This document shows positions 29,566-38,889 of a stretch of DNA of 64,000 nt, in pieces. The stretch covers positions 30,223-94,222 of the forward strand of contig JALSNW010000024.1 in NCBI GenBank assembly GCA_026986785.1, read 5' to 3'. Every line of letters starts with the position of its first letter. Within the stretch, counting starts at the first letter, position 1. Below the pieces are notes generated by a model. It was not told the origin of the DNA and made no database searches. It saw nothing but the letters and a program-made list of their open reading frames with translations. The DNA comes from Deltaproteobacteria bacterium. Lineage in GTDB: Bacteria > Desulfobacterota > Dissulfuribacteria > Dissulfuribacterales > QOAL01. The position numbers were made by a program, and so were the translations under genes.

Positions 29566-30759
29566 TTGGCCCAATCAATGAAACCAGTCGTCCTGCTTAT
29601 GTTCGTTCTCTCTTTGGTCTGTGCGGCAATGGCCCATGCTGCATCGTCTGACCTCCAGATGGAGGCGCTTTCAAATCTGTCATATCCACTAAAAGACGCA
29701 CCCAATGGAAAGGTGCCCCTAAAGGGGGGCAGGTTCACGGCCCCGCTGAAAGATAGTGCTGCAAGGTTTGAGGCTCGACTCCTCACCCCCATTGCTCTTT
29801 CTTCATGGCGGGGCAAAGAGGTAGCAGCCGTTGTGCTCTCATACTCATCAGGAGGAAGTGGTGTTTTCCGAAGGCTTTTTTTCCTCACCAAGGACGAAAA
29901 AGCTTGGAGGCCCAAGGCATGGACCTGCTTGGGAGACAGGGTCCAGATCAGATACCTGGGACTTGAACACCACGGTAAGATAGTTGTTGGTATGATCAAC
30001 CAAGGCCCGAAAGATCCCCTATGTTGTCCCACCCAGAAACAGGTCAGGGTCTATATTGTAAAAGGCAAAAAATTGTTACCCAAAAAAACTGTTCCCACAC
30101 AGATTTTCCCAGACCAGATCCACTTTGCAAGAAATATCTCCTCAGGAGACATAAAGGCCATACTCGTACCTGAACAAGGCTTTTCAGCCCATGGAATAAC
30201 CAAGGTTGCACCATATCCCTCCCATGTGGCCCTGATGATAGACGGGAAAATATGGCTCAGGATCCTGCCAGCAGAGGCATACAAGAATATGTGGATGAAA
30301 AAAAATGATTTTACCATCCAGATTGCCATCAAAAGGATAGAAAGGATCATCAAGGGAAAGGAGACGGATTTTACTCCCCCCCTTCCCATTTTGCCCCCAC
30401 AGCCTGGCATCAACGATTTGGCTGCAAGGGTAGAGCTTATCGACCTGGCACAAGGGCGAGGAATTGGATTTATTGGTAGGATCTCAAAGACCTTTTCTTG
30501 TGTTAAGCCCGGAGATTTGAAATATTTCTTTTCAGGCCTAAGCAATAAGGAAAGATTCGTCTTGTCTTTTTCCCATGAAATCTCTATCAAAAAGCTGCCT
30601 CAAGGCACCTGGTCATGTGAAAATAGCATCAGTGGACTCAGGTCCCAGATTGCTAAGGTAACAGAGTTACTAAAATCAGCCGATGACAACAGATTTCGAC
30701 CTCGCATCTCGATGCTGAAAAAATTCCTTGCCTCCATATCCATCGAGGATGGGAAATAA
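29566..30759 (+). CDS. Secreted protein of unknown function
   Basis: Signal peptide MAQSMKPVVLLMFVLSLVCAAMAHA (start TTG 29566 or ATG 29578). I recognise no family. Confidence 0.6.
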   Translation: MAQSMKPVVLLMFVLSLVCAAMAHAASSDLQMEALSNLSYPLKDAPNGKVPLKGGRFTAPLKDSAARFEARLLTPIALSSWRGKEVAAVVLSYSSGGSGVFRRLFFLTKDEKAWRPKAWTCLGDRVQIRYLGLEHHGKIVVGMINQGPKDPLCCPTQKQVRVYIVKGKKLLPKKTVPTQIFPDQIHFARNISSGDIKAILVPEQGFSAHGITKVAPYPSHVALMIDGKIWLRILPAEAYKNMWMKKNDFTIQIAIKRIERIIKGKETDFTPPLPILPPQPGINDLAARVELIDLAQGRGIGFIGRISKTFSCVKPGDLKYFFSGLSNKERFVLSFSHEISIKKLPQGTWSCENSISGLRSQIAKVTELLKSADDNRFRPRISMLKKFLASISIEDGK

Positions 30760-30815
30760 TAGCTCTGGGTGTCAATATCTGGTGGATATGAGGAAAAAGC
30801 ACAAGTCCTAAGATA

Positions 30816-30847
30816 GAAAAAAGGCCTGCCGGCAAAGCTGACAGGCC
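30816..30847 (-). terminator. Rho-independent terminator candidate
   Basis: The minus strand reads GGCCTG-tcagctttgccgg-CAGGCC followed by TTTTTT, 23 nt after the stop of the 167-aa ORF. Confidence 0.5.
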
Positions 30848-30869
30848 CAAGGGCATTCTACATACCCGA

Positions 30870-31373
30870 TCAACAACCTTCCACCTTCGCTACTTCTTTA
30901 ACCTTCAATTTTACCTGCTGGTCTTTTCGAGGCATAAACTCCTTTTCCGGCTGGATGACAGCCATCTTACCGTCTTGTTCCGAGTACCAAAGGATGATGC
31001 ATTTCCTATCTTTGATCATTCCTTTCAGCGTCCCTATATCCACAGGCACATCGACTACATCTATGACCTTTCCTGTGGTCTTGCCAGCATCCTTTGCTTT
31101 GAGGATGAGTGGCTGGTCCTTTCTCACTGACACCTTTTTCCCAGACTGGACAAGGACCAATGACGTCACACTCTTCGACTGGCTGGCAGGGCCGTTTTCC
31201 ATCTTTTTCACCACGCCAGCCAGGGCCTTTCCCAGTTCTTCGCCTGGCTGGACAACCGAAACCACCACACCCTTGGCCTTTCTGGCAGCCTGACACTGGG
31301 AAGATGCAGCCATTACCGTGGCCATGGACATTATCAGAATCGGTAACAGGGCCTTTATGCCAATATTTTTCAT
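30870..31373 (-). CDS. Secreted protein of unknown function, co-transcribed with the cytochrome
   Basis: Signal peptide MKNIGIKALLPILIMSMATVMAASS. Its start overlaps the cytochrome stop (ATGA). Confidence 0.6.
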   Translation of the reverse strand: MKNIGIKALLPILIMSMATVMAASSQCQAARKAKGVVVSVVQPGEELGKALAGVVKKMENGPASQSKSVTSLVLVQSGKKVSVRKDQPLILKAKDAGKTTGKVIDVVDVPVDIGTLKGMIKDRKCIILWYSEQDGKMAVIQPEKEFMPRKDQQVKLKVKEVAKVEGC

Positions 31374-31882
31374 TCTGTCACCCCTTTCCTGCTATGGCAG
31401 CCTCTACAGGAGGTTGGGCCAGTGGCCTTATGCTCCTTTTTCAGTTTCTTATGACACTTCAGACATATTCCGTGAAAATGATCCTTGAGCTTTCCAGGGC
31501 CTCCAGTTGCGTCCAGTTCTTGTTGAATACGCTTGCACCTGTCGGCCTTGAGGATATCGACCTCGGTCTTTGCACCATGATGACAAGTGGCACAAACAAA
31601 GCCTTTCCCCTCTTTTTTAAGGGCCTCTATATGGGCCTTATGAGAAAAATGATTCACCGCCTTCAGGTCTTTTTTCAGCCCCTTGAGATCTGGACACGAT
31701 TTCTGGATATTTATGTCCACATACTCTGGAGGGCCCTCTATACTGGCAGTACCTGTTTCGACAGCCAAGACCTGAGACGACATAACTGCTAAAAAAATAG
31801 CCACCAGTCCCACACACCACTCCATCGGGAATGGCTTTCTAACCCGTCTTATCAACAACAATTTGTTACCTTTGATCTTCAT
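31370..31882 (-). CDS. Periplasmic triheme c7/c3-family cytochrome
   Basis: Three CXXCH motifs (CATCH, CLKCH, CRGCH) plus FSHKAH, after a TM/signal segment. The ATG at 31882 is preceded by GGAGG, so the longer ORF to 32083 is rejected. Confidence 0.8.
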   Translation of the reverse strand: MKIKGNKLLLIRRVRKPFPMEWCVGLVAIFLAVMSSQVLAVETGTASIEGPPEYVDINIQKSCPDLKGLKKDLKAVNHFSHKAHIEALKKEGKGFVCATCHHGAKTEVDILKADRCKRIQQELDATGGPGKLKDHFHGICLKCHKKLKKEHKATGPTSCRGCHSRKGVTE

Positions 31883-32001
31883 GATACAATTTCCTCCTTT
31901 GCTCTTTGCAGAAACCCCTTGTGTCTTCCCGGCCAGCCGAAAGGTCATGGGTTTCATCAATCTATCCAAGACAACTCGAGTCTTTTTTGAACATCCCTTG
32001 G

Positions 32002-32049
32002 TGCACTGTCTTTTGGCCAAACAACAAAGTACCAATGCACTGTCTTTTG
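32002..32049. repeat. 14-bp direct repeat TGCACTGTCTTTTG, two copies
   Basis: Copies at 32002-32015 and 32036-32049 (34-bp period) in the divergent cytochrome/HTH intergenic region. Confidence 0.7.
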
Positions 32050-32082
32050 ATTTGACTCTACGGAAGAAGGATTGATAAAACA

Positions 32083-32141
32083 ATGGACATAGGGTTAAAT
32101 GTCCATAGATGTCTGGTGGACATTGGTAGACATGGTGTCTA
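32083..32141. promoter_or_regulatory. Operator-like array of (A/G)GACAT half-sites
   Basis: ATGGACAT-N8-ATGTCCAT (32083-32106), ATGTCT (32109-14), GGACAT (32118-23) and TAGACA-tgg-TGTCTA (32127-41). They lie 60-120 bp upstream of the HTH gene. Confidence 0.5.
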
Positions 32142-32202
32142 TGTAGATTATTTCTCTTTGTATTTCAGACTATTATCAAAACATGAGTAGGGCAGACCTT
32201 GC

Positions 32203-33258
32203 ATGAATAACCAGGGAGAAGGGCCCAAGATAGCCCCCGGACAACTGCCTCCAACCGTAAATCTGGACGGTTCGAAGGTGAGACAGATCAGGGAAGCCAA
32301 AGGACTAACCCAACTTTATGTGGCTACTGCGGTCGGGGTCACCACAGATACCATATCCAGATGGGAAAATAAGCGTTATCCCACTGTTAAGAGGGAAAAC
32401 GCCCTGAAATTGGCCCAGATACTTGAAGTGGATATATCTGAAATATTGGAAGACGTGGCCAATGGCACAGGAAACAATCTGTCACAAGGGGCTGAGCCCA
32501 CTAAGAACACTTCTGCCAAAGGGGATGTTGAATCCGTTGAAATTGATTCACAGATTTTGGCCCCTGAGGGGAAAGACCTCCCATCCCCATCAAAGAAGAG
32601 ATACTTCATATTCAGCCTCTTGCTCCTCCTCCTGACAATCACTGCCTTGGGTATCTATCTATATCTCAAGCCCCGCCAAGAGGCCCTGAAGATCACTGCC
32701 AGCAGATTTCTGCCAGACCACTGTGCCCCAGGACAAGTCTTCCCTGTTGTCATAGATGTCTATGTCAAGCCATCCAAACAGAGAACACTCTTGGTAAAGG
32801 ATGGTGACCACCAAGGTATTGAGTTCATCAAGGGCATCCCACACTTCACAAGCCGAAATGGCCTATATGTAAAATGGATCTTCCAGGGTGAACTCGGCTA
32901 TACCAAATTCATATATCTTGCCAGGATCAACAAGAATGCCGTGGATGGAGACGAATTTACATTTCACGGGCAAATCACTGTAAAGGAAGACAAAAAACAC
33001 TCCATCCCTATAGAAGGAAACAACCTGATATCTGCAATGCCCTTCAGTTGGGCAGACTCCAATAAGGACAACATAATAGACGACGAGGAGATACTCGAGG
33101 CCTACGACCTGCTTTCTGGCATAAAAGATGCCGAAAAAACACTGCACGAAGTGGAGGTATTATGGTCCGCTGGCAGTTACAGATGGGATATGAAAAAGAA
33201 ACGTTTTCAGCCTGTACAAAAGGCCATGGCATCAGAAGAGGCAAATGATCAAAAGTAG
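32203..33258 (+). CDS. Membrane-tethered XRE-family HTH regulator with periplasmic beta-rich domain and EF-hand-like loop
   Basis: N-terminal HTH (IREAKGLTQLYVATAVGVTTDTISRWENKR), one TM helix (YFIFSLLLLLLTITALGIYLYL) and a C-terminal domain containing DSNKDNIIDDEE, which fits the 12-residue EF-hand/dockerin loop pattern. Confidence 0.75.
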   Translation: MNNQGEGPKIAPGQLPPTVNLDGSKVRQIREAKGLTQLYVATAVGVTTDTISRWENKRYPTVKRENALKLAQILEVDISEILEDVANGTGNNLSQGAEPTKNTSAKGDVESVEIDSQILAPEGKDLPSPSKKRYFIFSLLLLLLTITALGIYLYLKPRQEALKITASRFLPDHCAPGQVFPVVIDVYVKPSKQRTLLVKDGDHQGIEFIKGIPHFTSRNGLYVKWIFQGELGYTKFIYLARINKNAVDGDEFTFHGQITVKEDKKHSIPIEGNNLISAMPFSWADSNKDNIIDDEEILEAYDLLSGIKDAEKTLHEVEVLWSAGSYRWDMKKKRFQPVQKAMASEEANDQK

Positions 33259-33288
33259 CAACCCCCACTCCAAACAAAAAGGAGAAAG

Positions 33289-33702
33289 ATGATGTATCAG
33301 CCCAAAAATTTCATACTATTTCTACCTATTCTCGTCCTTTCTTTCTTCTGTCTTTTCCCAAACCAAGCCCTTTGTGCCCAGGTTTCAGGAGATCTGAAAG
33401 CCCTATCTGGTCATAAGATCCAGATCATTCTTGATATAAAGACACCGGCGCCAAACACCATTATTATCACCTTGCACCTGCCTGCAGACACGGCTGTAGT
33501 TTCTGCACAGCCGGCAATTGCCAAGGCCCAACCAAGACAAGGCGAGGTCAACTGGCTCCTGTCCCATGTACAACCAGGCAAGTTGAGAATTCTGTGTAGG
33601 CTGAACAAGGAGGTGAAAATATCTGAATTAATCGCATCGGTCAGATATAAAAACCCTCAGACAGGAAAGATGGAAGAAGACATGATATCAGGTTCGGATT
33701 GA
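33289..33702 (+). CDS. Small secreted protein, apparently related to the periplasmic domain of the adjacent regulator
   Basis: Signal peptide, AAGGAG Shine-Dalgarno site, and a sequence pattern (..IQIILDIKTPAPN..LHLPADTAVVSAQP..GEVNWLL..PGKLRI) parallel to VVIDVYVKPSKQ..GIEFIKGIP..LYVKWIF in the regulator (by eye). Confidence 0.55.
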   Translation: MMYQPKNFILFLPILVLSFFCLFPNQALCAQVSGDLKALSGHKIQIILDIKTPAPNTIIITLHLPADTAVVSAQPAIAKAQPRQGEVNWLLSHVQPGKLRILCRLNKEVKISELIASVRYKNPQTGKMEEDMISGSD

Positions 33703-33789
33703 CAGCACTCAAGGCAAAAAACTGGAATCTTGCAATGTTGGATAGTCAAGGTATCCACTGAGCAAAATCATCTCTCTCCGAGGTCTAAT

Positions 33790-34461
33790 ATGAGTATTAT
33801 AGCCAACCTCTTTGGCAGATCGCCGTTTGGACCATTGGTGGAACATACCAAGAAGGTCCATGAATGCGTTGAAATGATAAAGCCTCTGATGGAGGCCCTG
33901 AGTCATGAAAATTTCATCTTGATCAGGGAACTCCACAATAGGATCTCAAAACTCGAATACGAAGCGGACAAGATCAAACACGAGGTGAGAAGTCAGTTGC
34001 CAAGACGCATCTTTCTTCCTGTGGACAGGATAGACCTTGAAAATTTTTTGAGATGTCAGGACAAGATAGCTGATTATACAGAAGACTTCTCTGTCATTCT
34101 CACCATAAGAAATACCAAGATCCATCCAAGCCTCATCGACAAATTCTTCAAGCTTGTGGATCAGATGTTCCAGGTCACAGGAACCCTTCTGACCGCGGCT
34201 GTGGAACTCCAAAATCTTGCCGAGGTATCATTCAGTGGGGCAGAGGCCCAAAAGGTCATGAAATGGCTGGATGGCCTTGGGGAGGAGGAATGGAAGGCAG
34301 ATCGCATAGCCAGAGATCTTTCCAGGGATATCTACAAACTTGAACATGAAGTTGAAACACTTACCATCATCTTCTATGAAAAGATGATCCGCAAGCTTGG
34401 GCAGATAGCCAATGAGGCGGAGAATGCCGGAGATATGCTCCGTGCCATGCTCATCAGATAA
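33790..34461 (+). CDS. PhoU-like DUF47 protein (Pit accessory protein)
   Basis: MSIIANLFGRSPFGPLVEHTKKVHECVEMIKPL is typical of the DUF47 family, and the gene sits directly upstream of a PiT transporter. The ATG at 33790 is preferred. Confidence 0.8.
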   Translation: MSIIANLFGRSPFGPLVEHTKKVHECVEMIKPLMEALSHENFILIRELHNRISKLEYEADKIKHEVRSQLPRRIFLPVDRIDLENFLRCQDKIADYTEDFSVILTIRNTKIHPSLIDKFFKLVDQMFQVTGTLLTAAVELQNLAEVSFSGAEAQKVMKWLDGLGEEEWKADRIARDLSRDIYKLEHEVETLTIIFYEKMIRKLGQIANEAENAGDMLRAMLIR

Positions 34462-34505
34462 GTTTTCTCCCTAATAATTCGCCAACAAAAGAGAGAAATT
34501 TCACA

Positions 34506-35817
34506 ATGGAGACCCTAGTTATAGGAATAGCCTCTTTGCTTGGTCTTTACATGGCCTGGAACATTGGTGCAAACGACGTTGCCAATTCAATGGCAGACGC
34601 AGTTGGATCCAGGGCACTGACCATTGGCCAGGCCGTTGTACTGGCTGGTATCTGTGAATTCGCTGGGGCGGTATTGGTCGGCGCCCCTGTAACAGACACG
34701 GTAAGAAAGGGTATCGTGGATCCAGACAGTTTCCTGGCCCTCTCGGGAGTGAGCCATGAACAGGCTGCAGCCCTCTTTATCATAGGGATGATCTCTGCCC
34801 TCATGTCTGCGGCCATGTGGCTCCACATCTCCTCGTTCCTGGGTATGCCTGTATCCACAACCCACTCCATCGTTGGGGCAGTGGCTGGTTTTGGGGTGAT
34901 AGCTGCAGGATGGAGTTCAGTACAATGGCACAAGATGGCCATGATAGTTGCCAGTTGGTTCGTATCTCCGATTGCCGGTGGGTTCATGGCCTATGTACTT
35001 TTCAAATTCATCAACAGGGCAATCCTTGGCCGGGGGCGACCCACAAGGGCTGCCATAATATATGCACCCTATATAGTCAGTGCGATAACAGCCACTGTGG
35101 TCCTGGCGACTATCTACAAAGGTTTGAGGAATGTGATCCACAATATCAATTGGCTCACTCCCGGGGTATCCGTACTAATCACCATAGTGGTGAGTATCCT
35201 TGCAGGCATAACATCGAGAATGCTTTTAAGACACCGGCTGAAGGGCAAGGACAAACTACCTGTTGGACGACAACTCGAACTTGTAGAGGAGGTATTTGTT
35301 CCAATAGTCATCATCACCTCTTGTTCCGTTGCCTTTGCCCACGGCGCCAATGATGTAGCCAATGCTATAGGGCCCTTGGCAGCAATTGTGAGGGTGGTCC
35401 AGACAGGAACGGTGCTGCAGAAAGTAGGGGGTCCCTTTCTGGGTCTTGGTACTTGGAGGCACTGGGATAGTTATAGGTCTTGCTACATTTGGCTATCGTG
35501 TGATGCGAACAGTAGGCACTGAGATTACAGAGATCACCCCATCTCGAGGCGTAGCAGCGGATCTGGCAGCCACTGCTACCGTACTCATATGCACCAGGCT
35601 GAAACTACCCATTTCAACGACCCATACCCTGGTGGGAGCAATCCTTGGGATAGGGCTCGCCAGAGGTCTGGGAGGCATCAATAGGTCGGTCACCAACAAG
35701 ATCTTTGGGGCATGGTTCGTTACTGTACCAGCAGCAGCAGCCGTACTATGCATCCTCCTTTTTTTGCTGGGAGAGTTCTTCTTTTTTGACTATCTTACCG
35801 CAGTCTGTACAAAATAG
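34506..35817 (+). pseudogene. PiT-family inorganic phosphate transporter, reading frame broken at a G5 run
   Basis: ORFs 34506..35522 and 35446..35817 are the two halves of one PiT protein (GANDVANS, two copies; PISTTHTLVGAILG). Removing one G from GGGGG at 35427-35431 restores ..LQKVGVPFWVLVLGGTGIVIG... Confidence 0.8.
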
Positions 35818-35876
35818 GTGTCACAGAGAGATAGACCTTTTTGTTACTATTCTTAAAATCCAGGAGATTTGCCGTT

Positions 35877-37670
35877 ATGAATGAAGATATTAATACACTT
35901 TTGAACACCACCGATGTGACATGGAGGCTTTCCGACTTGTATGAAGGCATTGAAGATCCCCGTATAAGACAGGACATGGATTGGTGCCAGAAAAAGGCGG
36001 TAGAGATAAAAGAGAGATATGCAGGCAGGCTTGCAGAACTGGCCCCAGGAGAACTACTCCGCCTGGTTCAAGAACTGGAGGAGTTGTCAGAGGTCATGGG
36101 AAGATTGGGTGCATTTTCATACCTCAATTTCTCCACAAGGGTAAATGATCCAGAGGCTGGCGCCTTTATGCAAAAGATCAAGGAATTCGGCAGCCAGATA
36201 GAAAAAGATACTGTATTTTTCGAGCTGGAATGGGCCTCGCTCCCTGATGAAATAGCCAAAAGATTCCTGGAAGAGCCTACCCTCCAACACTATCGCCACT
36301 ACCTCGAGGCTGCCAGACGGTATCGCCCTCACCTGCTTTCAGAGACAGAAGAACGGCTTCTCATTGAAATAAGCCCTGCTGGCCGTTCCAGTTGGATAAG
36401 CCTTTTTGACAAGGTATTAGCACATCAACGCTACGGCAAAAGACAAAGGACACAGGAAGAGGTCCTGACAGATCTATATTCACCAGATAGGCACACAAGA
36501 GAGAATGCAGCCATGGAACTGACTGAAGGACTCGAACAGGAGCTGCATATCATCACTCATACGTTTAATACGGTCTTGTGTGACAAGATGATAGAGGACA
36601 GGCTCAGAAAATATCCTGAGTGGATAAGCTCCATGAACCTTGCAAATGAACTGGATGATTCCACGGTCGACGCATTGATAAATGCAGTGACGAGCCGATA
36701 TGATATAGTTGCAAGATATTATCATCTGAAAAAAAGGCTCCTTGGCCTTGAACAACTATACGACTATGACAGGTATGCCCCTCTTCCATGGCTTCCCCAG
36801 AAACAGGTCTCCTGGGAAGAGGCACGTCAGATGGTACTCCAGGCATTCAATAGATTTTCCCCTGAGATGGCAATGATCGCAGAGTCATTCTTTGACAAGG
36901 GCTGGATACACGCCCCGGTCATACCTGGGAAGACCAGTGGTGCCTTTGCCCACCCTGTGACACCATCTGCCCATCCTTATGTATTGGTAAATTTTACCGG
37001 TACATTAAGGGACGTGGAGACCCTTGCCCACGAGCTTGGGCATGGGATTCACCAGGTGTTGGCGGCTAAGAAGGGTTATTTCAACAGTCAGACCCCCCTG
37101 ACCCTTGCCGAAACCGCCTCGGTCTTTGGTGAGATGCTGGTCTTTCGAGACATACTCAACCAGCTTGGCTCCCCAAAGGAGAAACTCGGGTTTTCTGCGG
37201 CCAAGATTGAATCCATCTTTGCCACTGTCTTCAGGCAGATAGCCATGAACCGCTTTGAAGATGCCATCCACCACCACAGGCGGAGAGAAGGTGAGCTTTC
37301 CCAGGACGCATTTTCTGAGCATTGGATCGAAACCCAATCGGCCATGTTCAAGGAGAGTGTGCAACTTACAAACAACTACCGGATCTGGTGGTCTTATATC
37401 TCCCACTTCCTCCACGTGCCTGGTTATGTCTATGCCTACGCCTTTGGGGAACTCCTGGTATTATCCCTTTATGCCATCTATCTGGAGGAGGGCGAAGGGT
37501 TTAAAAATAATTACATAGAATTACTTGAGGCAGGAGGCAGTGACACTGCCTACGAACTACTCAAGCCCTTTGGCATAGACCTTGCGGATAGCGATTTTTG
37601 GAACAGGGGCCTTTCGGTAATCGATGAAATGGTGAAAGAGGCCGAAGAGACGGCAGAAAGGATATCATGA
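35877..37670 (+). CDS. pepF: M3B oligoendopeptidase F family
   Basis: HELGHGIH zinc motif and typical length. The ATG at 35877 follows AGGAG. Confidence 0.85.
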   Translation: MNEDINTLLNTTDVTWRLSDLYEGIEDPRIRQDMDWCQKKAVEIKERYAGRLAELAPGELLRLVQELEELSEVMGRLGAFSYLNFSTRVNDPEAGAFMQKIKEFGSQIEKDTVFFELEWASLPDEIAKRFLEEPTLQHYRHYLEAARRYRPHLLSETEERLLIEISPAGRSSWISLFDKVLAHQRYGKRQRTQEEVLTDLYSPDRHTRENAAMELTEGLEQELHIITHTFNTVLCDKMIEDRLRKYPEWISSMNLANELDDSTVDALINAVTSRYDIVARYYHLKKRLLGLEQLYDYDRYAPLPWLPQKQVSWEEARQMVLQAFNRFSPEMAMIAESFFDKGWIHAPVIPGKTSGAFAHPVTPSAHPYVLVNFTGTLRDVETLAHELGHGIHQVLAAKKGYFNSQTPLTLAETASVFGEMLVFRDILNQLGSPKEKLGFSAAKIESIFATVFRQIAMNRFEDAIHHHRRREGELSQDAFSEHWIETQSAMFKESVQLTNNYRIWWSYISHFLHVPGYVYAYAFGELLVLSLYAIYLEEGEGFKNNYIELLEAGGSDTAYELLKPFGIDLADSDFWNRGLSVIDEMVKEAEETAERIS

Positions 37671-38347
37671 AGCCTAGGCCTTCGGAACTATTGAATGATC
37701 TCATAAGTCGAGAACGAAAGGCCCGCATAGAGCAGGTACTCGAGAATAGAACACGTTTCATAACCGTGGTACTGGACAACCTCTATCATCCCCATAACAT
37801 GAGTGCAGTTGTCAGATCCTGTGAGGCCTTCGGCATCCAGGACATCCATGTCATTGAGACGGAGAACAGGTTTGCTCCAAGCGAAGGGATCGCCATGGGT
37901 GCCCAAAGGTGGATATCTGTCATAAGGCATGCGTCTTCAGACGAGTGTGCCTCTTGGCTGAAGGAAAAAGGCTATACGCTCATGGCTGCTGATCCACCAG
38001 AAAGGGCAATGAAGACAAAGAGCAAGAAGGCCTTCAGGCTCGAACAAATATCCCTTGATCAAGGGCCCTTGGCATTAGTCTTTGGAAAGGAGCTCCATGG
38101 TATTGATCCTCACCTTAGAAGTTTTTGTGATGCCACGATTTTTATCCCAATGAAGGGATTTACCGAGAGCTTTAATGTATCAGTCACTGCAGCCATATGC
38201 CTCTATGAGCTGAGAAAAAGGCTGGATGCCCTACCAGCCATAAAATGGCAACTCTCCCCCAGGGAGAAATCCGACCTCAGAGATGAATGGTATGTAAAAT
38301 CTGTCCGTCACGGTCCAAAGGTGCTGAAAGAGCTCACCAATAGATAG
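37667..38347 (+). CDS. SpoU/TrmH-family RNA 2'-O-methyltransferase
   Basis: SpoU motifs (NMSAVVRSCEAFG, LVFGKELHGI, IPMKGFTESFNVSV). Its start overlaps the pepF stop (ATGA). Confidence 0.8.
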   Translation: MKPRPSELLNDLISRERKARIEQVLENRTRFITVVLDNLYHPHNMSAVVRSCEAFGIQDIHVIETENRFAPSEGIAMGAQRWISVIRHASSDECASWLKEKGYTLMAADPPERAMKTKSKKAFRLEQISLDQGPLALVFGKELHGIDPHLRSFCDATIFIPMKGFTESFNVSVTAAICLYELRKRLDALPAIKWQLSPREKSDLRDEWYVKSVRHGPKVLKELTNR

Positions 38348-38373
38348 AGAGGAATCTGGCAAGATAGAGACAG

Positions 38374-38415
38374 AAAAAGGGGCCTACTGGTATAAACAGC
38401 AGGCCCCAATACTTT
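38374..38415. terminator. Bidirectional terminator candidate between convergent genes
   Basis: GGGGCCTACTG-gtataaa-CAGCAGGCCCC forms an 11-bp stem with one mismatch, flanked by an A-run on one side and a T-rich tract on the other. Confidence 0.5.
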
Positions 38416-38436
38416 CGGAAGTATATGTCTTGGGAG

Positions 38437-38889
38437 TTAGATCTCCTGGATGGTGACAAACTTGAGCGCCCTTGTGGTACACTTGGTGACACAAGCTGGC
38501 TTCAAACCAACATCTACCCTATCCATGCAGTAGTCACATTTGACAGCCTTGCCCGTATTGGGATTGAACTGGGGGATGTGCCAAGGGCAAGCACCCGCAC
38601 AGGCCATGCAGCCTATACAGGAATCGGTATCTATATAGACAATGCCGTCTTCCCTCTTCTTCATGGCCCCTGTAGGACAAACAGGCACACAATATGGGTC
38701 TTCGCAGTGGTAGCATGAACGGAAGTGATACTCTGTCTTTGGAACACCCTTGACCGCCTTGAGCGGCTCATGAGATATCTCGCAGAGAAATGGCCCTACA
38801 GGCAAGTCCTTGTTGGTCTTGCAGTGGACCTCACACCCATGGCAACCTATACACCTCTTTGAATTCAGATAAATCATATATTTGTTCAC
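38437..38889 (-). CDS. 4Fe-4S ferredoxin-type electron-transfer subunit of the molybdopterin oxidoreductase
   Basis: Multiple CxxCxxCxxxC(P) clusters (CIGCHGCEVHC, CYHCEDPYCVPVCP, CIGCMACAGACP, CDYC...C). It overlaps the upstream catalytic subunit by 4 nt. Confidence 0.85.
   Translation of the reverse strand: MNKYMIYLNSKRCIGCHGCEVHCKTNKDLPVGPFLCEISHEPLKAVKGVPKTEYHFRSCYHCEDPYCVPVCPTGAMKKREDGIVYIDTDSCIGCMACAGACPWHIPQFNPNTGKAVKCDYCMDRVDVGLKPACVTKCTTRALKFVTIQEI

Noticed and set aside
31883-32083. N-terminal 67-aa extension of the cytochrome ORF.
   Set aside because: An internal ATG at 31882 has a GGAGG Shine-Dalgarno site and yields a normal signal/TM segment. The extension covers the operator-rich intergenic region.
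34547-35753. Multiple alternate-frame and antisense ORFs within the PiT gene.
   Set aside because: All of them are overlapped by the PiT reading frames, and none has recognisable motifs.
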